A stretch of DNA of 64,000 bases from Candidatus Bathyarchaeota archaeon (GCA_963811105.1 CAWEPZ010000002.1:602984-666983), one strand, 5' to 3'. Counted from the stretch's first letter, positions 43,104 to 53,738 are shown. Translations and numbers: made by a program. The notes: generated by a model from the sequence alone, not told the origin.

Positions 43104-43126
43104 CTAAATATGGCGGGGTCCGACGG
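43104..43126 (-). other. Possible degenerate tRNA 3-prime end (att-like remnant)
   Basis: Minus strand of 43111-43133 reads ATTCATACCGTCGGACCCCGCCA; a GC island in AT-rich DNA. Confidence 0.3.
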
Positions 43127-43685
43127 TATGAATGGCTGATCGGAATATGATAAATATAAGGCTAATTTGCCTATTTTGGGTCAAAACACTTGGAAAGTGA
43201 TTTCGCTACAAACATTCCAATCAGGGACAGATGATGTGAAGCGGCAAATAGCTAATTTAAAGAAGCGGCTGAAATGTCTCCCAAGCCAAAATTTGAGTTT
43301 GCGCCAATTTAATTATCAAATATTATCATAAGTTCTTTAACTTGTGAAATATCAGAAGGTTTTCTTCTTTTAACAATTACTATCACGGTTATGCTTCAGG
43401 CTTGGTTTGTTGTCAAAGACTCAGAAAAATGTTAAGGATAAATTATGGGTGAAGCAGGTTAATTTAGGTCTATTTCTGGATGAATTAGAATGCATTTTTG
43501 ATGATTCGATTTCGCAGAGAATCACCCGCGAAAAGAAATTAACTGCAATTTCAGAATTATGAATTCTTAAAGGTTAAATAAGATTTCAACTGATAAGCAA
43601 AAACACCAATCTAAATATTAGATGCCAGTGGATGAGCAAGTTTACATGCAAAAAAGAAGAGTCAATGTTTTGTTCTTTAGGTTCA

Positions 43686-45139
43686 TGAATAGATTCTCTA
43701 CTCCGCTCAAAATTGTCACTCCACTTTTATTATTTCTGTTGCTTTTTGTGGCACAAATAACACCGGTGTACGCTCAACTTAGCCCTGCTAGAAATCTAAC
43801 TGGAACTTGGCAAAGCTCCTCTTCCGGCATGTATTATGATATGGATCCGTCAGATCCAAACACTCGTATGAACGATATAACCGCCACGTTTGCTATGGAC
43901 ATTACTCAACAGGACAGTCAAATAACCATAATATTGCATTTGAACCCGATAAGTTGGGTAACAGACGACGCGTACTGGCAAGAATACCAGCTGTCCGGCG
44001 TTCCTCCAGTAGGGGGCGGCTCAATTGAGTTTATTGGAACTGTTTCAAGTTCAAGTTTTACAGCTGATGAGCAAGGGAGTCAATTGACTCAGGAACGCTT
44101 AGTCGGTACGTTTACCACCGATATTATAACCGCGACACTTAGTGGATCTTCCGAAACTACAGCTCAAAATGGCATAGTTGTAACAAGAACTAGTTCACCA
44201 ACATCAGCGCCAACTCAGGCTTCCACGTCAACTCCGTCAACGACAACGCAGCCAACGTTCAGCCGTTATTCGGGTAATGTTGCAGTAAACAAAGGCTCTG
44301 CTTGGTTCACAAATACTGGCGAGAATATGCCTCTTTCTTCAGGTCAAATGTACTCTGGAACCACAGTTTTAACTGGCAACGACTCGATTGTCGGTTTCAC
44401 ATACCCTATGCAGGATGGGACCGTGTATTTGAACGAGAACACTGAAGCAGGATGGGTAGCTCTCACCTCGAAACCTGCACCAGATGGCCAAATCGCTTAC
44501 TCAGTATATCCATCAACCGTTGTTCTGCCTCCAACCTGGGGACAAGATGCCAAAGATATGTTAATATCGATCTCGTTAGAAGCGACAATTGCTGTAGGTT
44601 TATTTGGGGAAACAGTCCCATCAGGTGTAGCAGTTGGTATAGTTGTCGAGGGAGGGGTATTTTTGGTACATTTTGGGGTCGCATATGTTCAAGAAAGTAG
44701 ATCGCATTTAGTTCAAGTACCTCAAGGATTATTCTTGGGAGAAAACGCGGAGTATATTGTAGAGGTCTCGGACACAACGACGACTGTTCAGGTCCTTGAT
44801 GGCTCGGTTGTATTCGTTGATATCGCCACAAATAACACAGTAAATGTAGAAAAGAATAAGATGCTAACGCTTCCATCGGGAGAACAAAGCGGATTTAGTA
44901 AACAAGACCTTCAGTCTGATTTATCTGCCTTTAACTCTGGTTCAGTAAATCAGTGGTGGATACAAACAAAACCCAATGCTTTATTCGACTTTGCGGACCT
45001 TCCTTTTGAACCCTTAGTTCTGGTTTTTGTTGTTCTGGCAATAGTCTTCGTAATAGCCGCTGTCGTAACCGCCTACAGAAGAACCAAGGGTCAGCGCAGG
45101 AGCAGTAATCCGATGCATAAATCCAGCACATGTCCATAA
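43686..45139 (+). CDS. Secreted/anchored protein with FecR-like domain
   Basis: Signal peptide, NLTGTW domain, S/T linker, TVLTGNDS...DGTVYLNENT and EYIVEV...TTVQVLDGSV, C-terminal TM. Confidence 0.75.
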
Positions 45140-45249
45140 TCTCATCAAAAGTTTCCCTATCAGGCTTACGCAAAGCCATAGCAAACCAATCCACCGGTGT
45201 CTATTTCCGATTCTAAAGCCATCCTGTAAGACTCAACAGTTTTACCCAC
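45060..45249 (-). pseudogene. Frameshifted, truncated paralog of the 46104-46394 gene
   Basis: GTG start MGKTVESYRMALESEID/..FAMALRKPDRETFDEIMDMC; overlaps the end of the FecR-like gene in antisense. Confidence 0.7.
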
Positions 45250-45469
45250 ATCAATCATCTCACTCTAGTTGGAAACCTTAGAGTTGACTAAAAACTGCTT
45301 TTAAGCTATCTGTGAAACGACTACCGAACGCAGTGGAGAGGGGGAATTAAACTGATAATCTACGCTTTTCTACTTGCATATCCAGCGGACTTGAAATTTA
45401 CCATTTCTTCGGCAATCTCCAAGAAAAAATTTTGAACCTTAGGACCAGCCAAAGTTTTTCAGACATTTG

Positions 45470-46066
45470 CTATGTAGGCGATTTTTCAGGCGGCATCCAT
45501 ACGGGTTTGCTGTCAACTGTCTCCCGCTGGGAAGGCGACGGGCAGGGCAAGTCTAACGCTTCAAACACGCCTTTCTCGGTTTCTCCGGCGATTGCTTTGT
45601 TGTCTTTGATTAGGCCTTGGCTGTACTTGATTCGCATTCCTTTGGAAATGGCGTAGCCAGCAAGCCACATGTTATGCTCCGCTGAACCAGTTCGGACAAG
45701 CAGGTGAATGCCAAAAGTCGATGATATCGCGCGGTAGAAATCCACTTGGAAAAGACCACCGTGACAAGGCAAGAATGCTTTTATAACACTGCTGCCCTGG
45801 CAGTTAGGTTTAGCCTTCAAGCGTCTTAGTTCTTCACTTATCTTTTGCCATTCAAAATCGCTCTTTGTGACCACGACAAAATCAATGTCATGCACCTTAG
45901 GTTTCTGCCGCCTGATGCTTCCAGCAATTTCTATCTTGACACAGTGAGTACATACAATAGTTTTTATTTGGTTTGCTGTTTTTTCGGCATCTTCTAGGTC
46001 GAGTTCCATTAATAGTGGTACTTCGTTTTCTGGAAAAAGCGTGGATTGTTTCTTCATTGTTTTCAC
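45470..46066 (-). CDS. Minimal X-family DNA polymerase (palm and thumb only)
   Basis: AGSIRR, HDIDFVV, QVDF, LVRTGSAEHN, ETEKGVFEALDLP..SPSQRE. Confidence 0.9.
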   Translation of the reverse strand: MKTMKKQSTLFPENEVPLLMELDLEDAEKTANQIKTIVCTHCVKIEIAGSIRRQKPKVHDIDFVVVTKSDFEWQKISEELRRLKAKPNCQGSSVIKAFLPCHGGLFQVDFYRAISSTFGIHLLVRTGSAEHNMWLAGYAISKGMRIKYSQGLIKDNKAIAGETEKGVFEALDLPCPSPSQRETVDSKPVWMPPEKSPT

Positions 46067-46103
46067 CTTTCTTTTGTTGTAACGTGGACTTTATAGTTTG
46101 CTT

Positions 46104-46394
46104 TTAATCTCCGATTGAGGTTGGGTACATATTTTTTGCCAACGCAAGTGCGTTTAGCTTATGCTCGAGTTCGTTCAACTTCTTCTGTTGAGCCAACAGA
46201 ATAGAGATGACCATAGGCTCAAAGAGTATTGGGTTGGTGGCGCAGCTGCCTGCTGAAGCTAAACCTCTGCACATATCCATTATCTCATCAAAAGCCTGCT
46301 GCTCCTCATCGTTTTGCAGTGCATTTCTAAAGCCCTTCCATCTGTGAATCTCAAATTCCAAAGCTATACGGTAAGAAGGAACAGTTTTGCCCAT
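46104..46394 (-). CDS. Small helical protein resembling the PolB2-operon partner (arCOG07300-like)
   Basis: GGAGG SD, MGKTVPSYRIALEFEI.RWKGFR.AL...FDEIMDMCR...NPILFEPMVISILL.QQK. Confidence 0.75.
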   Translation of the reverse strand: MGKTVPSYRIALEFEIHRWKGFRNALQNDEEQQAFDEIMDMCRGLASAGSCATNPILFEPMVISILLAQQKKLNELEHKLNALALAKNMYPTSIGD

Positions 46395-46699
46395 GCTTGT
46401 TAAGCCTCCAGACAATCTGAATCCTTTTTCATAGGAAATCACTCGGAGCGTAAGAATCGGCAAAAAATGCATATAAAGCAAATGGACAAACTGCGTTGTC
46501 AAGCAGTAGAGGGTAGAGTAAAAGTGAAAAAGGATCCAGGTTCAGAAAGAGCAAATAAATTGTTAGTCAAGAAACGAGACCGTATGAAAAATCACACAAC
46601 GACTGATTGGGCGCTTAAAAAATTACCCATAACTCTTTTGGTTTTGCAATTTTTTATTTTTTGACAAGCACCTGAATTAGTCCTTGGACCCCAAGAATC

Positions 46700-46950
46700 G
46701 GAAATGAACACGCAATATCATCCGCTGCAAAAGCAAACATCAGATTTATCCAGGCCCTCTTTTTCCAATCCTTTTTAAGCTGCAACCAAAGTCTTCAGTT
46801 CTTGCTCAATTGAAGGCAACTCAACTGGCAAAACTAACTTATCAAAGGTAGATGATGATGGCGTGTTTTTTTCACTCCCATCATCATCTTCTAAGCCTAA
46901 GCGAGATGCTTTCAACCGTACAGCAATAAGGGTTTTGCCCAGAATCTTTG
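46700..46950 (-). pseudogene. Remnant of an HTH-type gene
   Basis: AKILGKTLIAVRLKASRLGL...LVLPVELPSIEQELKTLVAA*KGLEKEGLDK, with a stop and a frameshift. Confidence 0.5.
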
Positions 46951-47204
46951 CATAGGTAGTTACACCACAAATGTAGTGTCGTATGAGGCAAGCTATGGAC
47001 CAGAAACTAACTTAACCTATCATGATTCAGCGGCAAACGAGGTATATAACCCAATAACTGATTCTTGGTAAATCAAAACACTTTAGAAAATGCATCCAAA
47101 GAATAGTTTTGCTTCGATTTCATTTATGAAAACTAAGTAGAAGAGAGGAACTACGTACCTCCTTTTTTTGATTTGTTTTCCAGCGTTGTTGACTTTGGAA
47201 GGTT

Positions 47205-47669
47205 TCAAGTCTTCCTAAGTTTGGAACCGACGTAGAAACCAACAAACCCAATTGCTAGTGCAACACTTACATTAACGAATACTAGATCGCCAAGCATCCT
47301 AGACTCGAGGTTGAATAATTGTGTTGCAGAGAATGTGAAGGTGGGGTTAGCGCTTGTTATTGCTTGTGTAACCATTGTATTCCAAGATGATAGTCCGACA
47401 AAATTGGCAACGTAGAGTATTAAGAAAACTGCGCTCAAAAGTGTCATCTTTGTGATTGCTTCTAGTCCATTTTCTGACCATATTCTTCTTGAAAAAGCAT
47501 AGCCAACAATAAGGGCTGAAACAAGAAAGGCTACAACTGTTTGAACGTTATCTGCCCAATCTGAAGCAACCGAAATAGATAGGCTAAGTGGTAACCCTAC
47601 CAGAAAACTGACAATAACCACTAAAACGATTGTAGAAGCTACAGCTGTAATGACATCTCCAAATTTTAT
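47205..47669 (-). CDS. 4-TM membrane protein (probable ATA start)
   Basis: AAGGAGGTGA-gaaag-ATA AAA TTT GGA GAT; four hydrophobic helices. Confidence 0.75.
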   Translation of the reverse strand: MKFGDVITAVASTIVLVVIVSFLVGLPLSLSISVASDWADNVQTVVAFLVSALIVGYAFSRRIWSENGLEAITKMTLLSAVFLILYVANFVGLSSWNTMVTQAITSANPTFTFSATQLFNLESRMLGDLVFVNVSVALAIGFVGFYVGSKLRKT

Positions 47670-47967
47670 CTTTCTCACCTCCTTACATCTTAATTTGATT
47701 TTTTTTAGCCAGTAATTTACGCAGAAATCATAAAAATCCACGAATCTGCAAGAACCTATTTGTTATGTCATCTAAAGACTCAATAGTCCACTTTTTAGAC
47801 CGCTATTATCAGGATATTTTTTAACCTTTTAAAATTGTGTGACTGTAGAGCGCCAACAACAATGACTAGATTAAGGTTCAAACTCAACATTATTTGCTCG
47901 AGATCTTTAAAAGAGAATTCGTCTGGCAGCATTTGCTGATCCAGAACCTTTCCCAAAAAGTTGTTTT

Positions 47968-48740
47968 TCAGAAGGTTTGCGGTTGCTGTGGGGGCGTTGT
48001 TCTTGCTTTCATCGAGTAATAGTAAAGCGTTATGGCTATTGGAAAGATCGGCGTTATCAAAGCTGTAAGAATGCCTGATATGAGGGGGCTGACTACGCCA
48101 AATGGTGTAGTGATTAATCCGATTATGCTACTTACTATGCCGACAATGATGCCAAGTACAAGCAATAAACCAAAGGTCTTTAGCCATCTGTTGCTGACGA
48201 GAACCCGGCTTCTAGAGAGGCTCTCAGAAATGCCTGTGCCTTCAAGCATTATGGCTGGGTACACAAGCGAAAACATTATAGCGAGGATTATTCCGGGAAT
48301 AATTAACGCAATTAATCCAAGAACAATGATAATTCCTGTAACGATGCTTGCTGCTAACAAGAAAAGTACTTTTGTCAAGGTGAAATTGAAGGCTGCTTGC
48401 AAGTTTGCCTGTCCTCTTTCTAGCATATCTGAAGTGAATTTTACTGTAATTCCTGTAGTAAAGCTGTTGACGATCCAACTTACGATTCCGGTTAGAAATA
48501 GAACCGTTACGGTTGCTGTTAGGAAGGCTGGAAAATATGCTAATAGTTGCTGCGACGTGGGATTCACTGGGGCTACAGGCATAACTATTGCTGATCTCAC
48601 AGCTATAGTTACTAATCCTGTTAGGATTCCTGCAGCTAGGAAGGGAATTAAGTACTGCGCAAAATTTCGCGAATATAAATTGAACGTTTGAGTTAATATT
48701 TCGCCTATGGCGAGTTCTCTTTGAGGTTTCTTGCTTTCCA
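47968..48740 (-). CDS. Polytopic membrane protein (GDPD-membrane/DUF975-like)
   Basis: IGEILTQTFNLY..NF, IALIIPGI, SLSRSRVLV..RWLKTF, TLYYYSM. Confidence 0.8.
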
Positions 48741-48958
48741 TTAACTTGTCCTCTGTTTTCCTCACGTTGTTTGAGCTTATTAATTTTGTTAGACAATAGA
48801 GTCTGTTAACCAAAGTTCGAATCCGATTGGTTGGCTTTTCTTGATTTTTGAACCAGAACACCTATAAGCTGACATATGCATATATTATAATATTACAATA
48901 TCTTGGAGCTGGTTTTTTGGATAAAGCATTACTCAAGCCCACATTGACCTGACTCGAA

Positions 48959-48986
48959 TGTTTCGAAACTGTTTCACAACTGTTTC
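48959..48986 (+). promoter_or_regulatory. Three TGTTTC direct repeats at 11-bp period
   Basis: TGTTTC at 48959, 48970 and 48981, upstream of the 49053 gene. Confidence 0.55.
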
Positions 48987-49052
48987 AGCGAACTATCATA
49001 TCGCTCCAAGACATTAGTATATCATAATAAAAACAAAAGTGAGGTAAATAAA

Positions 49053-49886
49053 ATGAAAACTTTGAAAATAATAACATTGGTTAGTATCTCAGTTGTAGTA
49101 GCTGCTCTGTTAACTACATCTGCCTTCGCGTTGGGCATGATGGGAGGACCATATGGAGGATATGGCGGAATGATGGGAGGCGGCTACGGCTCCGGCTATG
49201 GATACAACAATCCACCCTACACAACAGGAGCAACTATTCCCACAACACCAACATCCCAGTACTATCAGCCAGTTTACCCAATGATGTTCGGAGGAGGCAT
49301 GATGAGTCGATTAGGCAACGGCCAAGGCTTTAGCGGAATGATGAGCGGCTACGGATACAAAGCACCATACACTTACACTGGAACACCACTAACTCTTAAC
49401 AATGCAGTAACAATAGCCCAAAACTATGTGTCATCGATAGGAAATCCTGACTTAGTTGTTAAACAAGTTGAAGAATACTCGGCAAACTTCTACGTCCAAG
49501 TTAACGAGAAAAGCACAGGCAACGGAGCATTCGAGCTATTAATCAACAAGTACACAGGCAGCATCTATCCAGAAATGGGGCCCAACATGATGTGGAACAC
49601 CAAGTATGGCATGATGAGAGGTGGAATCCTAGGCGGAATCTTTGGAACACCAACCACAACCTTGACAGTAACTGCAACTCAGGCAAAAGCTAACGCTCAG
49701 CAATACCTAAACACGTACATACCAGGGGCAACGACAGGCGACGTTACAACATTCTACGGCTACTACACCATCGAAGTCCTTAACGGCGGAACAACTTATG
49801 GCATGCTAAGTGTCAACGGATACAGCGGACAAATCTGGGTCCACACGTGGCATGGATTGTTCGTCCAAGAACAGCAAATAAGCTAA
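49053..49886 (+). CDS. Secreted Gly/Met-rich protein with two PepSY-like repeats
   Basis: Signal peptide, GMMGG repeats, AFELLINKYTG..YPEMGPNMMWNTKYG, GMLSVNGYSGQIWVHTWHG. Confidence 0.85.
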   Translation: MKTLKIITLVSISVVVAALLTTSAFALGMMGGPYGGYGGMMGGGYGSGYGYNNPPYTTGATIPTTPTSQYYQPVYPMMFGGGMMSRLGNGQGFSGMMSGYGYKAPYTYTGTPLTLNNAVTIAQNYVSSIGNPDLVVKQVEEYSANFYVQVNEKSTGNGAFELLINKYTGSIYPEMGPNMMWNTKYGMMRGGILGGIFGTPTTTLTVTATQAKANAQQYLNTYIPGATTGDVTTFYGYYTIEVLNGGTTYGMLSVNGYSGQIWVHTWHGLFVQEQQIS

Positions 49887-49988
49887 AAAAACCAATCCAT
49901 TCCTTTTTTGTAATTCGATATTTAGAATAATAGAAAACCTAAAGAGATGAGCAGAATGTTAGAATATTCGAATAAGCAGGCAACAAAA

Positions 49989-50327
49989 ATGTCCAAACCA
50001 ACCTTTGACATGTCAATATACGAGCTACAAGCAGAGATTTCAAAAACACTAGCTCATCCTCTAAGGATTGCAATTATCCATTACCTAAAAGACGGCGAAA
50101 AAACAGTAAACGCTCTCACCCAAACACTGGGCGCCAGCCAATCTAACATATCTCAGCATTTAGCAATAATGAGGCAAAGACAAATCGTTAAAACCAGAAA
50201 AGAAGGCTCAACCGTATACTATCGAGTTGCAAGTCCAAAAATCAGCCAGGCATGCGACATGGTAAGGGAAGTTCTCTTGGATCAACTTAAGCAAAAACAA
50301 GAAATAGCAGAAACTTTCTCACCATAG
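49989..50327 (+). CDS. ArsR/SmtB family transcriptional regulator
   Basis: KTLAHPLRIAII, SQSNISQHL, RKEG..VYY. Confidence 0.93.
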   Translation: MSKPTFDMSIYELQAEISKTLAHPLRIAIIHYLKDGEKTVNALTQTLGASQSNISQHLAIMRQRQIVKTRKEGSTVYYRVASPKISQACDMVREVLLDQLKQKQEIAETFSP

Positions 50328-50340
50328 GAGGAAACAAAAA

Positions 50341-50514
50341 ATGTGTCCGTTTGGTTTTGGATGCGGTTGCGGATGCGGATCCAGTGACGACAAAAAGGAA
50401 GTCACCCGCGAGGTAATCCGAGAAATCGTAATGATTCCCTGCAAGTACTGCGGAGCCCTCTTCCAACAAACAGCAACATTTTGCCCCCACTGCGGAGCAA
50501 AGAGAACTGTTTAA
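50341..50514 (+). CDS. 57-aa Cys-rich zinc-ribbon protein (missing from ORF track)
   Basis: GGAGG SD; MCPFGFGCGCGCGSSDDKKEVTREVIREIVMIPCKYCGALFQQTATFCPHCGAKRTV*. Confidence 0.8.
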   Translation: MCPFGFGCGCGCGSSDDKKEVTREVIREIVMIPCKYCGALFQQTATFCPHCGAKRTV

Positions 50515-50553
50515 CAACTAAAAGAATATAGCATACAATAGGAGATTTTCATT

Positions 50554-51277
50554 TTGTCCAAATTAAAACTCTTAACAGCTATTCTGACAACTGCCCTTTT
50601 GGCAGCGTTCGTACTTCCTGTTTTAGCCCTAACATACAGTCCAGGCGTTGCAACAGGGCAATATGTAAAGTATGGCAATTTTGTTGGGATCGGTCAAGGA
50701 GTTGAGTCCTTTAATGATTATGACTGGCTAAAGTTACAGGTTACAGACGTTTCTGGAAAAGCAGTAACTTTGTTTTCAACCAGCCAATTCAAAAACGGAA
50801 CAGCTATCGCAGGGAATGGCACCACATCCGTTTGGAACGTTGAAACAGGAACTGAAGACGGTGTTCCAAGTACCCAAGGTCCAATAATAGCATCAAACTT
50901 GAATCAAGGAGATCCAATACCGCCACCTAACACATATGCCGTCAACAGAACTGAAAGCCGAACGTACTTAGGAGTTAGCCGAACAGTGAACATTCTTGAC
51001 GCTTCACTCTCAACGCCCGATTATAATACCACTCTTACTTACGTTTATGACAAAGCCTCCGGAATGCTGCCTAGAGTCAACCACTCAAACCCTAACTCAA
51101 GCCGAACCTCAACCTGTAACAACAACAATTTCTTACAGCTTAATTGAAACGAACATTTTCGGTTCAACAAATCCTTCGCCTTCCGTTCCAGAGTTACCCT
51201 TCACAGCAGTCGGAGTTGTCGTTGTCGTCGTTTTGATAAGTACTTTTGCTGCGGTTATTCTTTTCAAGAAAAAATAG
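50554..51277 (+). CDS. Surface protein with PEF-like C-terminal sorting signal (one +1 frameshift)
   Basis: Signal peptide; frameshift near 51070 joins YDKASGML to LESTT...PSPSVPELPF, TM, KKK. Confidence 0.8.
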
Positions 51278-51985
51278 AAGACAGTCGAAAGATCAATATA
51301 CACCTTCTTAATTTTTGCCCTAAAGCTTTAGCAAATGAATTAAGGCATAGGGCTTGTCCTCGTTTGGGGGATAAGCTCGGTCCGACTCACTTTTGCCAAG
51401 AAGATTTGTTCCTTCTTGATAATGGATTTGCTTAATATTTTGAGCGCATTTAGAGTAGTAGAAAAAAAATTAAAACAAAAAAGGATTGTTTTGAAAAGGG
51501 AAAATTGAACTGCTTACACGGTTATGTCGGTAATTTCACAGATTGAGGTTGGTCTGCGTATTGTTGGGTTGGGGATTTCCTAGACTTTGCCTTTTGTATT
51601 ATGTCTTCATTTATGAAGTTTTTGACGCTGACTTCTTGTTCGATTCCAAATACAAAGTTTATTGGACTTTGGTGCTTGGCTCAAGAAGGTTATTCTGTAG
51701 AGCCCTTTATCTAAAGTCAGCTTGACCAAAGGGTCTTGCTTTGCAATTTTCTGTTGATCCGTTGTACAGTTCTCTTCAAGCTATAATTATTGATTTTTTA
51801 GACATATTTCACGTATTGTAGTGTTTTTATGTTCGACAGATGGGTCTCTTGTCGTGTTTTGATATGTTTGTGTTATGTACAAGGGTTTAAGTGACAGTTA
51901 TACGTACTATTACGATATAAGATATGTGTCTTAGAAGGCGCTTTTCACGTCTGCACCACACAACAAATGGAGAGAAATATAGAAA

Positions 51986-52393
51986 ATGAACAATAACTAT
52001 CAAAAAGAAACCCAAACAAAATTAACCAAAGGCCTCTTAGACATGATTGTCCTTGAATACCTAAATGAACAATCCATGCACGGATATCAAATGATTAGCA
52101 AAATCCGCAAAGGCTTTGGCGTCTATTTAGGACCCAGCACCGTCTACCCCCTGCTAGGCTTACTTGAAAAGAAAGGCTACGTAACGAGCGATTGGAATAT
52201 GTGTACCGTTAGACCGCGAAAAATGTACAAGCTTACCAATGAGGGAAAAAATGTCTTGAACTTTGCCGAAAACTCGCTCAGACTCATGGTCAAAAATATG
52301 GCAGGCGCCAACAAAGTCGGAGTACAAGTAGCTCCACAAATCTACACGAGGTCAACGATTCAAAGAGAAAATCCGATGTTGACAGTTTGCTGA
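51986..52393 (+). CDS. PadR family transcriptional regulator
   Basis: MHGYQM, GPSTVYPLL..LEKKGYV, RPRKMYKLT.EG. Confidence 0.93.
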   Translation: MNNNYQKETQTKLTKGLLDMIVLEYLNEQSMHGYQMISKIRKGFGVYLGPSTVYPLLGLLEKKGYVTSDWNMCTVRPRKMYKLTNEGKNVLNFAENSLRLMVKNMAGANKVGVQVAPQIYTRSTIQRENPMLTVC

Positions 52394-53072
52394 TTCGTCA
52401 AATATAAAGAAAAAAGGGGCCTAAATCTTGATAGATAAAGCTAAGATTATAGATGCGACGTGCATGTGTGAGCATCTCAAAAGTGAACATTCATATTTTT
52501 TAGATAAAGTATGTACTAGATCTAAGTGTGAATGTTACAGGTTTGTTTTAAAGGATGAACAATAGAAGTCTATTTTTTTAGGACTGAACCATGCCGTTTG
52601 AAAGCTTTGTAGCGTCGCCGTATTCATCATGAAAAACAGTGCGCTATAAAACATGCAACAATATCTGAATATAGGCAATATGAGGGTATCATCGTTTCCG
52701 ACTATACCCCATATTGACTTGATTTTATTTTTACCATTTATTCTGGATACATTCATTGCAGTATGGTCTGAAATCTGATCCAGCTTGGAGAAAGCCTTCC
52801 AGAAGGTCACGATTAGAAATTGCTACAGTGTTATTCAGAGCATATGAGAGGGCACATATTTTTCCTTTTCTTTTAATGTGTTTTGTCTGTTTGCTTATTT
52901 GTCTTTGTCTGTTTGTCTGTCTGGTAAGAGGCGGGGGTGTAGGAAACTAGAGAGAGTATTTAACTTAGTCGTAGGCGTGTTAGTTGTAGTTTGGGTTTGG
53001 GGATTAGATTTTAATCCAACCAGCCTCACAGCGCGGGCAAACTCGCTATTTACTTTCAATGCTATAGGCAAC

Positions 53073-53237
53073 TAGCGCGCATGCGTGTTCCTAAATTCTT
53101 TTAATAAACTGAATCTATTTTTGGGTTTGATTTTGGGCGTTATTCTCTATTAGCTTCTCATCATTGAAGCGTCCTTTCACCCAATAAATGAGCAACAAAA
53201 CAGTCCTAAACTAATTTAGGAACAACCACGCGCGCTA
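53073..53237. mobile_element. MITE-like element 1 with 23-bp terminal inverted repeats
   Basis: Left end TAGCGCGCATGCGTGTTCCTAAA; right end TTTAGGAACAACCACGCGCGCTA (20/23 complementary). Confidence 0.6.
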
Positions 53238-53255
53238 ACCTAACATTAGCTATCT

Positions 53256-53738
53256 TTAGCAGCCCGCTTCGCTATCCTTTTTCCCCAGAAAAGCCATTTC
53301 CAAGTTGGCGGAGCACCTGTCCGTGTAAAACTGTTGGATTGTCTTATCATTCTGTATAGTGAAAACAAAGGAAAAGCAAGGATAAACAACAACGCGAAAA
53401 TAAACAAGAAGTCGAGCAATCTGTACGGGCAAGTTAGTTTCGGAACTGACAAGTGCCAAAGCCATTATTGGTGAGGCGACAGCAAAAGTGAGGAAAACGT
53501 TAAACATTAAACCAATCACGCCATCCAAACCTCTCAAACCCGTCCACGAAGGAAATAAGTACTCCTTGATGGCAGCCAGTATTTTCTGGCCTGAAGAGTA
53601 ATTTGCCCATTGATCAAGACCAGTGCGCAAAACGTTTTCACAATAGCCGCATTTTACGGTTTCTGGACCAAATCTTGGGCTCCAGCTAGATATTCGTGCA
53701 CCACAATTTGTACATACAAAGAAATGATATGTTGGCAC
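53256..53738 (-). CDS. Zn-ribbon membrane protein (possibly frameshifted near the 3-prime end)
   Basis: CTNCG...CGYC then TM segments; an overlapping ORF at 53246-53452 suggests a frameshift. Confidence 0.55.
   Translation of the reverse strand: MPTYHFFVCTNCGARISSWSPRFGPETVKCGYCENVLRTGLDQWANYSSGQKILAAIKEYLFPSWTGLRGLDGVIGLMFNVFLTFAVASPIMALALVSSETNLPVQIARLLVYFRVVVYPCFSFVFTIQNDKTIQQFYTDRCSANLEMAFLGKKDSEAGC

Noticed and set aside
43104-43135. Complete tRNA gene
   Set aside because: Only a 3-prime-like fragment; no D or anticodon arm is visible. No full tRNA was found in the window by eye.
48032-48796. 219-aa plus-strand and 184-aa alternate-frame ORFs
   Set aside because: Antisense or alternate-frame shadows of a hydrophobic membrane gene.
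51500-52810. Short ORFs flanking padR
   Set aside because: Broken frames with no recognisable motif; possibly decayed genes but not supportable.
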